Part shown: piece after piece, positions 26,064-33,734 of the stretch | Position numbering within the stretch: position 1 is the first letter of the stretch | Layout: every line of letters begins with the position of its first letter | Assembly (NCBI GenBank): GCA_049437325.1 | Contig: JBMTIM010000001.1 | Location: forward strand, 80,738-144,737 | DNA length: 64,000 bases | From: Acidimicrobiales bacterium | GTDB taxonomy: Bacteria; Actinomycetota; Acidimicrobiia; Acidimicrobiales; Aldehydirespiratoraceae | Direction of reading: 5' to 3' | The notes under the pieces: model-generated | Databases searched by the model: none | Told to the model about the DNA's origin: nothing | The model's input: the letters and a program-made list of their open reading frames with translations, nothing else | Made by a program: the position numbers and the translations under genes

Positions 26064-27152
26064 GTGACCCTCGACCCGCAGACCGCAGCACTCTACGAGC
26101 AGCATGCAGCGGCCTGGACAGCCGCTCGGGCGGGCAAGAACGTCGATGCAGCCCTTCGTCTCGTCGATCGAGCCGGCACCAACCCGGCGGGACCGTTCCT
26201 CGACATCGGTGCTGGACCCGGGTATCTCACCGAGCGCCTGCCCGAACCGGTCATCGGCCTCGAACCGGTCGAGGCGTTCCTGGAGATCCTCGGCAGACGG
26301 GTACCCGCCGTGACCCGGATCCGCGGCGAGGCCGGCTCGCTTCCGTTTCGCAGCGGAACGGTCGGCGCAGCCCTGGTCACCTCGGTCTACGTTCATGTCG
26401 CCCGACGTCGCTTGCCGCTGGCGTTGGCCGAGCTGCACCGTGCACTCGCCGATGACGCACCGGCTGAGCTCGTGATGTTCGGCGGTGATCTCGATCTCGA
26501 GCCGACCGAGGGCGATCATTTCGGCGGCCGAAAGTACTCCCATTGGCCGGAATCGGATCTGCGTCGCGTGCTCATCGGTGCAGGCTTCGCCGTCGAGAAC
26601 TGGGTCACCGACGACACCACCGGCTGGCCGCACTACGAAATCTCGGTCCGTCGAGCACCCACGTTGCCCGACATCGTCGGTCCCGACATGAATGTGCTCG
26701 TCTGCGGCCTCAATCCCAGCCCGTACTCCACCAGCACCGGGATCGGCTTCGCTCGACCAGGTAACCGCTTCTGGCCAGCAGCACTGGCAGCAGGTCTGGT
26801 GACGGTCGACCGAGATCCGCGCGCTGCGCTCGCAGCCCACGGTGTCGGGATGACCGATCTGGTGAAGCGGACCACACCGCGGGCAGACGAACTCACCATC
26901 GACGAGTACCGCCAAGGACTCACCCGGGTGGAGTGGCTGTGTGCGTGGCTTCGACCCCGTGTCGTGTGCTTCGTGGGACTCGGTGGCTGGCGCGCCGCAG
27001 TCGATCGGAGAGCGAAACCGGGATGGCAGCCGAGCGATCTCGGAGGCTCCGCCGTCTATGTGATGCCATCGACAAGCGGTCTCAATGCCCATGCCCAACT
27101 CGATGACCTCACCCGACATCTCCGAGCGGTCCGGGAGCGAGGCCCTCGATAG
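26064..27152 (+). CDS. Fusion protein: class I SAM-dependent methyltransferase (N) + Mug/TDG-family G:U/T mismatch DNA glycosylase (C)
   Basis: Track ORF, 362 aa, GTG start. The N-terminal half has the SAM motif LDIGAGPGYLT. The C-terminal half is collinear with E. coli Mug (VLVCGLNPSPYSTSTGIGFARPGNRFW vs [27 protein letters not shown] ; VYVMPSTSGLNA vs IWVLPNPSGLSR). Confidence 0.8.
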   Translation: MTLDPQTAALYEQHAAAWTAARAGKNVDAALRLVDRAGTNPAGPFLDIGAGPGYLTERLPEPVIGLEPVEAFLEILGRRVPAVTRIRGEAGSLPFRSGTVGAALVTSVYVHVARRRLPLALAELHRALADDAPAELVMFGGDLDLEPTEGDHFGGRKYSHWPESDLRRVLIGAGFAVENWVTDDTTGWPHYEISVRRAPTLPDIVGPDMNVLVCGLNPSPYSTSTGIGFARPGNRFWPAALAAGLVTVDRDPRAALAAHGVGMTDLVKRTTPRADELTIDEYRQGLTRVEWLCAWLRPRVVCFVGLGGWRAAVDRRAKPGWQPSDLGGSAVYVMPSTSGLNAHAQLDDLTRHLRAVRERGPR

Positions 27153-28089
27153 CGTCGTCGATGTCGACCCCCGGGAACGGCAGGATCGAGAGCGCTGGGC
27201 AGGTCACACCGTTGTCGATATAGCGCTGGATGTGGGCCCGACACTCGTCGGCAGTGCCGTGGATGATCAGTTCGTCGATCACCTGGTCGGGAATCTTTTC
27301 GAGCGCCCCCTTGCGATCACCTGCTGCCCACTGCTCCCAGTGTTCACCGAGCGTCTCGGCCCGTCCCATCCATTCGTGGAACGCTCGATACACCGGCACG
27401 TTCAGGTAGGCGGCGGCCGCGAACTTTCCCATGGTTCGTGCCGTTTCGGTGTCACTGGTGGGGGCGACGAACAAGCGAGCGACGATCTCTGCGTTTGGAT
27501 TCTCCTCCTTGACGATCGCCGCAACCGTCGACACATTGTCGGCCGACAGCCAGTTGATGATCGCTCCGTCGCTCTCACGGCCGGCCATGCGCAACATCCC
27601 TTCTCGGAGCGCAGCGACGAGGATCGGAACCGGCTGCTCAGGGACGAGTCCGAGCCGAAATCCGTTGACCGTGAAGCTCTCGTAGGCTTCGGTGACTTTG
27701 TCCCCGCCAAGAGCTGCCTTGAGGAAACGAACCATGTCTCGGGTCTGCTGGTACGGCTTCTCGAACGGGATGCCGTTCCAGCGCTCGACGATGACGTTGC
27801 TGCTCGAGCCGAGCCCGATGACGAATCGGCCCGGAGCCGCCGATGCCAGTGCGGCGACACTCTGGGCCATCAGGGCCGGCCCGCGGGTGTAGGCGGGCAG
27901 GATCGCCGTGCCGAGCCGCATCGACGGGGTCCATACAGATCCGAGCGCCAACGGCGTCAGTCCGTCGGCGCCCATGGCTTCGGCGCTCCACAGATCGGTG
28001 TAGCCGAGCTGTTCGAGCCGCCTGTAGCGATCGATCTGGGCGTGAAGTTGCTGTCCGTCGAAGGGAACGGTCATCCCGTAGCGCTGCAT
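27109..28089 (-). CDS. LLM-class F420-dependent oxidoreductase
   Basis: Track ORF 27109..28131. Start at MQRYGMTVPF (CAT 28087-28089). DLWSAEAMGADGLTPLA...GRFVIGLGSSSNVIVERWNGIPFEKPY. Confidence 0.85.
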   Translation of the reverse strand: MQRYGMTVPFDGQQLHAQIDRYRRLEQLGYTDLWSAEAMGADGLTPLALGSVWTPSMRLGTAILPAYTRGPALMAQSVAALASAAPGRFVIGLGSSSNVIVERWNGIPFEKPYQQTRDMVRFLKAALGGDKVTEAYESFTVNGFRLGLVPEQPVPILVAALREGMLRMAGRESDGAIINWLSADNVSTVAAIVKEENPNAEIVARLFVAPTSDTETARTMGKFAAAAYLNVPVYRAFHEWMGRAETLGEHWEQWAAGDRKGALEKIPDQVIDELIIHGTADECRAHIQRYIDNGVTCPALSILPFPGVDIDDAIEGLAPGPLGDVG

Positions 28090-28129
28090 ACAGGGGATCG
28101 TGTCACACCCCCTCGGCATGATGTGACAC

Positions 28130-28309
28130 ATGACGAATCAGCTTCTCCTCATCGACTCGGCCCCGGCGTGGCGACTCGATCGGGCCACGCGTGCCCAAGG
28201 GCTCGACGGGGTCCGGAAGGCCCGTGCGGTTCTGCGGGCCGTCGACGCCAAGCGGTCCACCGAGTCCCCCGACTCCGGGGCCATCGATGTCACGGCCGAA
28301 GCGGCCTGA
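28130..28309 (+). CDS. Hypothetical 59-aa protein (below the 60-aa cut-off of the ORF track)
   Basis: My translation: MTNQLLLIDSAPAWRLDRATRAQGLDGVRKARAVLRAVDAKRSTESPDSGAIDVTAEAA, ATG 28130 to TGA 28307-28309. About 85% G/C at third codon positions, similar to neighbouring genes. It ends 12 nt before the thermonuclease start. Confidence 0.45.
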   Translation: MTNQLLLIDSAPAWRLDRATRAQGLDGVRKARAVLRAVDAKRSTESPDSGAIDVTAEAA

Positions 28310-28321
28310 CACACTCCAACG

Positions 28322-28861
28322 GTGCCCGGAGTCCTGTTGCCAGTCGTGATCGGTCTCTTGGCGCTGAGCACCTCCTGTGTCGGCTCCCCTGCCACCTCGC
28401 CGACGACGGTTCCTGCCGAAACCGACCTCGCCCCGAACGCCACGGTGGAACGGGTGGTCGACGGCGACACGATCATCGTCGAGATCAACGGCAGTCGCGA
28501 ACGGGTCCGCCTCCTCGGCGTCGACACCCCCGAATCCGTTGCCGAGCATCGACCGGTGCAGTGCTTCGGCGCCGAGTCGTCGGCCTTCCTTGGTGAGTTG
28601 CTCCCGGAGGGAACCGAGGTGACGCTCCTTCGCGACACCGAAGCGCGCGATCGATACGACCGGTTGCTCGCCTATGTCGTGCGTTCGAGCGATCAACGCT
28701 TCATCAATCTCGAACTCATCGAACGAGGTTTTGCGAGCGTGCTCATCTACGAGCCGAATTCCCGCTATCGCGAACTCTTCGAAGAAGCCGAGGATGTTGC
28801 ATCCGACAACGGAATCGGACTCTGGGGAGTGTGCGGCGGACCCGGTGTACCACTGGACTAG
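28322..28861 (+). CDS. Thermonuclease (staphylococcal-nuclease-like) lipoprotein
   Basis: Track ORF, 179 aa, GTG start. Signal peptide with lipobox-like LALSTSC. SNase motifs VVDGDTIIV, VRLLGVDTPE and DRYDRLLAYV. Confidence 0.85.
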   Translation: MPGVLLPVVIGLLALSTSCVGSPATSPTTVPAETDLAPNATVERVVDGDTIIVEINGSRERVRLLGVDTPESVAEHRPVQCFGAESSAFLGELLPEGTEVTLLRDTEARDRYDRLLAYVVRSSDQRFINLELIERGFASVLIYEPNSRYRELFEEAEDVASDNGIGLWGVCGGPGVPLD

Positions 28862-28871
28862 CGTCGCAGAG

Positions 28872-29410
28872 GTGCCCACCCTCGCCGAGGCGCTCGGTCA
28901 CGGTGCCGACGCCCGCCTGATGATCCTGAGCGCCGATCTTGTGGGATCGACCCATGCCGCAACTGCAGCGGGCATTCACGCACTCCGGACCGGCCTCGCC
29001 ACCACGGCAACGCTGATGATGCCTGGGCCGTGGGCTCGCCACGCCGCCAATCACGTCACGGCGGAGTCCGAACTCGACATCGGGGTTCATCTCACGCTCA
29101 ACGCCGAACTCGAGGACTTGCCGAGGAGGAGGGCATCTGGATGTCCGACCATTTTCGACTCGTTCGCGGGGGCACGCGGGCGCACCTCGAGGCTGTTTTG
29201 GCCAATGTGTCGGCCGGGGTCACCGAGGTTGCGTTCGCACCGGCGTTGGCGGCCGAAGAGCTCCGAGCCATTGATCCCGCAGCGGCGGGCCGATTCGACG
29301 ACCTTGCGGTTCTGACCGACGGCGCCCTTGCCGAGCGCCTCGACCGACTCGACATTGTGCGGATCGGCTATCGCTCGATCCGCGACGCCATGCGCTCGAC
29401 CATGACTTAG
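28872..29410 (+). pseudogene. ChbG/YdjC-family deacetylase remnant (frameshifted, internally shortened)
   Basis: The N-terminal YdjC-like part (LMILSADLVGSTHAATAAGIHALRTGLATTATLMMPGPWARHA...LDIGVHLTLNAE) is in the frame of track ORF 28674..29315. The C-terminal part (DHFRLVRGGTRAHLEAVLANVSAGVTEVAFAPA...) is in the frame of ORF 29030..29410. The frames switch around 29110-29145. Together they give about 180 codons, against roughly 250 as I recall for the family. Confidence 0.45.
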
Positions 29411-29769
29411 ACCGACAGCGCCTCGAGGGCCGCCTCACGCACCGGTCGCAGATCGATGAGCCAGCGCTTGTGGTCCCCCTCGACCTTCCATGAGGCATCC
29501 ATGAACGCAACATCGGCGGTCTTGCGGCCCTCCAGCACATCGAGAAACTGCTCGTAGGTACACGACACGACGATGTCAGGAGCGTCGACCTTGCCCGGCG
29601 CGAGTTCGGTCACCACGCCGCCGGCAACGACGACATGAAATGTCACCTTCCCCTCCGGCGTCGACGCAACGACGTACTGCATGATTGCATCGACACTTCC
29701 GGCCGAGCTCAGCCCCCCGAGCAACGGCGCCGTGGTCGCAAACCACTCGGTGGACAGCGGAAGCGTCAT
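29407..29769 (-). CDS. SCP2 sterol-binding-domain protein
   Basis: Track ORF, 120 aa. SCP2-like pattern (..VTFHVVVAGGVV...TYEQFLDVLEGRKTADVAFMDASWKVEGD). ATGA-coupled to mca. Confidence 0.75.
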   Translation of the reverse strand: MTLPLSTEWFATTAPLLGGLSSAGSVDAIMQYVVASTPEGKVTFHVVVAGGVVTELAPGKVDAPDIVVSCTYEQFLDVLEGRKTADVAFMDASWKVEGDHKRWLIDLRPVREAALEALSV

Positions 29770-30641
29770 GAGTTGATCTCGACCGCAGCGCGCAGCCCGG
29801 CGAAGAGGTCGTCCTCCGGCAGTTCGGAGTACTCATGACCCCGCGCCAGGCGGTAGTCGTCGACGGTGTGGATCGACTCGTCGACGTCGGGAGGCAAGCC
29901 GAACCAGAACTTCGAGTCAGGGTCGATCTGGGTGGCGTGGGCAAGCAGCCCCTCCCGACGCACATGGGCGTAGCCCTCGATCGATACACGGGTTGTGATC
30001 TGGTGATCGGTATCGGGGCGATCGAGCCATCGCGCGTCGTACGGTGACTCGAGACCGTGGTCGAGGAAGGCTTGGTGGCGCGCAGCGATGCGAGCTCGAG
30101 ACCACGTCGAGTAGTAGGTCTTCTTGACCGACCACGCCTCGCCGAGCTCGGGACGGTAGGAGGGATCGGCAGCACGTTCGGTTGCCGGATGGGTGATCTC
30201 GTAGACGCGGAGATGATCGGGGTGGTTGTACGTGCCCTGCTCGTCCGGATAGGTCACGACCACCTGCGGTCGCTCGAGCCGGAGGAGCACCACGAGTCGG
30301 TCAACCGCCTCGTCGAGCGCCGCAACCGCGAAGCAGTCCGGGTGGAAGTTGGCATCGCTGTCAGGCATTCCCGAGTCGCGATAGCCCAGCATGTGAACGG
30401 TCTCGTACCCAATGATGTCGGCTGCCTTCGCAAGTTCGTCACGCCGAACCGCACCGAGGTTGTCCTTGACCTCGGCCCGATCCATGGCAGGGTTCAAAAT
30501 GTCGCCCTCCTCGCCACCGGTGCAACAAACGAGCACGGTGCGGATGCCCTCCGCTCGGTACCGGGCGATGGTGGCGGCCCCTTTGGAGGCCTCATCGTCA
30601 GGATGTGCATGCACGGTGAGGATGCAGAGCGGCTCGGACAT
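29766..30641 (-). CDS. mca: Mycothiol S-conjugate amidase Mca (LmbE/PIG-L family)
   Basis: Track ORF, 291 aa. It is collinear with M. tuberculosis Mca as I recall it (LTVHAHPDDEASKGAATIARY..., GGEEGDILNPAM, TYPDEQGTYNHPDHLR). Confidence 0.9.
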   Translation of the reverse strand: MSEPLCILTVHAHPDDEASKGAATIARYRAEGIRTVLVCCTGGEEGDILNPAMDRAEVKDNLGAVRRDELAKAADIIGYETVHMLGYRDSGMPDSDANFHPDCFAVAALDEAVDRLVVLLRLERPQVVVTYPDEQGTYNHPDHLRVYEITHPATERAADPSYRPELGEAWSVKKTYYSTWSRARIAARHQAFLDHGLESPYDARWLDRPDTDHQITTRVSIEGYAHVRREGLLAHATQIDPDSKFWFGLPPDVDESIHTVDDYRLARGHEYSELPEDDLFAGLRAAVEINS

Positions 30642-30656
30642 GGGATGGAAGGGTAC

Positions 30657-31889
30657 TCAGGTCGTGGCCTGGACCGGTTCGAGCTCCATCTGTGCGTCAC
30701 CACCCGCATCGAGGAGCCGCCACCCACAGCGAAGGGCGAGCATTTCGCGTCCCTCGTCAGGGCCGCTGGCGATCAGTTCGTCTTCGGGCTGCAGACGCGT
30801 GTGACCCTGCGGTCGGTACAGGTATCTGCCACCTCGGCGGATCGCAAGGACGGTGAACCCGGGCTCGATGTTGAGTTGGAGGTCCGACAGCGATTGGCCG
30901 TCCGCATCGCAGCCGGGGGCCACCGGCAATCGGACGACCACATCATTGGAATCACCCAAGGCAATACCAAGAATCGGATGCACATCTTCTTGTTGCTCGA
31001 TGAGCCACACCATCGCCTGGGCCTGGTCGCCGATGTCCTCGGCCGCTTGTGACAGGTGCAGCAGACCACGAAGCGGCGACGGGTCGGGGTTCCCACTCGC
31101 AGCACGCAGCACCCAGAGCTCGAGTCGATCCTTCATTTCGTCGAGACGATCCTCGAGTTGGCGAACCTCTGCGGCGAGACCTCGATCGCCGAGCACCAGG
31201 GCCGAGTACGCAAGTCCTACGGCAACCTCGGAAAGGTTCTTCATCTCGACCAAGACATCTACGGCCCGGTCGAGGTCGCTTGCGAAGGGACCGTCGCTGA
31301 GATGCGGCGGCATCCAACGCTCCGCCCCCGCCAACTCTCGCAGTGGGCCGATGCCGTCCGGCGAACCCCGCAGGAACAGGGCATCACCGGGCACAATGAC
31401 GAGATCGCCGTCGACATCGGTGAGCCAGCGACGCTCTCGGCGAACCGCCATGACCCGCATCCCCGTCTGAACCGGCAGCTCATGATCCGCCAGCGGACGA
31501 TGGGCTAGGAGGCTGCCCTCGTTGACCAACACCCGGTGGCTGATCTCCTCGGCTGCGGAGAGTTGGGCGACGAGTTCAACCGGAATACCGACGTTGTGGG
31601 TGACGATCCGAGCGATGTCGACTGCGTCGTTTGCAATCCGTTCGATCGCAGAGATCACCTGGAGCACCGACGACATGCCGTCGGACTCGCGAGGGTTCCG
31701 CACCGCCATGATGCAGACGCCACGCATGTCGTGAACGAGATCACTGAGCGTTTCCTCGATGGCAACGACCTCACCAGCCATCTCCGGATCACCGAAATAG
31801 AGCGCGGCGTAGGCGAGGTCGACCATCAGCTCCGAGCTGTCCTTCGCCTCGGCGAGCATCTCGCGGAGATTTCGGGGTCTGTCATCCAT
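30657..31889 (-). CDS. PhoU-like / TrkA-C (RCK_C) tandem-domain regulatory protein (partner of MgtE-like permease)
   Basis: Last 410 codons of track ORF 30657..32567. Start at MDDRPRNL (CAT 31887-31889), preceded by AAGGAG. An ATG at 31910 overlapping the upstream stop is the alternative. Two repeats of a PhoU-like helical segment, each followed by a TrkA-C-like beta domain. Confidence 0.8.
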   Translation of the reverse strand: MDDRPRNLREMLAEAKDSSELMVDLAYAALYFGDPEMAGEVVAIEETLSDLVHDMRGVCIMAVRNPRESDGMSSVLQVISAIERIANDAVDIARIVTHNVGIPVELVAQLSAAEEISHRVLVNEGSLLAHRPLADHELPVQTGMRVMAVRRERRWLTDVDGDLVIVPGDALFLRGSPDGIGPLRELAGAERWMPPHLSDGPFASDLDRAVDVLVEMKNLSEVAVGLAYSALVLGDRGLAAEVRQLEDRLDEMKDRLELWVLRAASGNPDPSPLRGLLHLSQAAEDIGDQAQAMVWLIEQQEDVHPILGIALGDSNDVVVRLPVAPGCDADGQSLSDLQLNIEPGFTVLAIRRGGRYLYRPQGHTRLQPEDELIASGPDEGREMLALRCGWRLLDAGGDAQMELEPVQATT

Positions 31890-31906
31890 CTGAGTCTCCT
31901 TACCAA

Positions 31907-33142
31907 TCATGCAACGCCCACGACGACGAGGGCGAGAATCAGGGTGAACGCACCGACGAAGTCGAGCGATGACGTCACCATCGGAATGCCGTAGGTATCC
32001 GGATCGAGCTCGAACCTGATGGCGACCACGGTCGTGTAATAGGCCACGATCATCACCGCGAACGTCGCGAGCAGGCCCCCCAGCATCGAGACGGCGACGA
32101 TCTGCCACAGTCCGGGGCTGCCCTGACCGGTGAGCAGACCACCTAGTTCGGCAACGATCCCGGCGAGTGCGAAGGCAGGGAGACACAACGACACCACCAT
32201 CACAAGATCGCTGCCGGCCTGTCCCCTCGGTCGTGCGCCGGGGCTGATCAAGCCGAGGTGGACCTTCGTGGCCAAGCGACTCGACAGCACCCCACCCAGC
32301 GCACCTGCGGTTCCGAGAAAGCCCGGGAGCAGGATCAACAGCACCGGGTACGCCACGAAGTCGTCGAGCCGCTTCTCGATCGTGATGCCGGCGATCAGAT
32401 CCAACACGCATGCCACCGTGAGGATGGGGAGCGACTCGCGCATGATCGACCGCAGCACCGGCCGGGGTGAAAAGATCCCCCACACCGCAACCGGCACCGA
32501 CACCGCAGTGCTGACCAGAGCGACCGCGGTCGTGACTCCGCCGATGTCGGCCAGGGCAGCCGCCCACACCAGGGCAGGGAGGGTGATCACGTCACCGGTC
32601 GCAGTGACAAGGGGCGCAACGACGTTGTCGAGGTCCCACCCGAAGCGGACCGACCCACCCGCAAGGAGCAGGGTGATGATGAGCACGACCAGCGACGCGA
32701 TCACACCACCAAGCGCACTGACGGTGACGAAGGCAGCCGTGCTCATCGTCGGGGTGATATCGAACACGACTGCGACTCCCTTGGCGAGCAATGCGAGTTC
32801 GACGGAAACGACGAGGCTGAGAGCCAACGCAGCCGCTGTGTTCTGGCCCACCACGGTGTCGAGGCGAGGACTCAACTGGAAGACGCCGGCATGGATCGAC
32901 GTACCCAACCGACTCCCGAGTGCCCCGAAGATGTTGCCCTTGACCGCCAGGGCGGCCGGGACGAGGAGGAGGAGTCCGGGAAGTTCTTCGAGTGTCTCGG
33001 TTGTGGTGGCGAGCGTGATGCCGGCGACCAGGCTCGCCGTGACAGCAACGGCAAGAGCGGCCAGGGAGTTGCGGTACGCGATCCGATCACCACCGACAAC
33101 CGTGGTGATCCAAGAGCGGTGAACAGCACGAGACCGGCCCAC
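31907..33142 (-). CDS. Divalent-cation transporter with duplicated MgtE/SLC41-type membrane domain (no cytosolic MgtE N-domain)
   Basis: Track ORF, 411 aa. Two homologous halves, each with a MgtE-TM-like pattern (PGLLLLVPAALAVKGNIFGALGSRLGT ; PVLLILLPGFLGTAGALGGVLSSRLAT). Confidence 0.8.
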   Translation of the reverse strand: MGRSRAVHRSWITTVVGGDRIAYRNSLAALAVAVTASLVAGITLATTTETLEELPGLLLLVPAALAVKGNIFGALGSRLGTSIHAGVFQLSPRLDTVVGQNTAAALALSLVVSVELALLAKGVAVVFDITPTMSTAAFVTVSALGGVIASLVVLIITLLLAGGSVRFGWDLDNVVAPLVTATGDVITLPALVWAAALADIGGVTTAVALVSTAVSVPVAVWGIFSPRPVLRSIMRESLPILTVACVLDLIAGITIEKRLDDFVAYPVLLILLPGFLGTAGALGGVLSSRLATKVHLGLISPGARPRGQAGSDLVMVVSLCLPAFALAGIVAELGGLLTGQGSPGLWQIVAVSMLGGLLATFAVMIVAYYTTVVAIRFELDPDTYGIPMVTSSLDFVGAFTLILALVVVGVA

Positions 33143-33179
33143 CCGCTAAGTCTGCAGTCTGGGCGGCCGATTACGAGAC

Positions 33180-33734
33180 ATGGCCATTGCGATCCTGGGA
33201 GTTCTCGTCGTTGTCATCGCTTGGGCAACCGTGTCCTTCAACCGCTTCGTCGCGCAGCGCCAGACACTCGACAACTCCTGGTCGAACGTCGAGACGGAGC
33301 TCTCTCGACGTCACGAGCTGATCCCCAATCTGGTCGAGACCGTACGGGGATACGCAGCCCACGAATCAGACACCTTCCGCCACGTGACCGAAGCCCGCGC
33401 CGGCGCAGCAGGCGTTTCTGGCGGACCCGAGGCCCATGAGGGCATCGAGAATGTCCTGACGGTCGAGCTGCGTCACCTTTTGGCGATCAGCGAGGCGTAT
33501 CCCGAACTGCAGGCGAGTGCTGCGTTTCTCGACCTTCAGAACGAACTCGTCACGACCGAGGACCGACTCCAGGCCGCCCGGCGCCTCTTCAACGGCAATG
33601 TGCGCGAGTACAACCGGCGCGTCGAATCGATTCCTTCGCTCCTGATTGCGAAACTCGCCCGATTCCCGAAGCGCAGCTACTTCGAGATCGAACCATCGGC
33701 CACCGAGGTGCCGAGCGCCCGCAGAATCGACTGA
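33180..33734 (+). CDS. lemA: LemA family protein
   Basis: Track ORF, 184 aa. N-terminal TM helix and SWSNVETELSRRHELIPNLVETVRGYAAHE...YPELQAS..F..LQNEL..TEDR. Confidence 0.9.
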   Translation: MAIAILGVLVVVIAWATVSFNRFVAQRQTLDNSWSNVETELSRRHELIPNLVETVRGYAAHESDTFRHVTEARAGAAGVSGGPEAHEGIENVLTVELRHLLAISEAYPELQASAAFLDLQNELVTTEDRLQAARRLFNGNVREYNRRVESIPSLLIAKLARFPKRSYFEIEPSATEVPSARRID

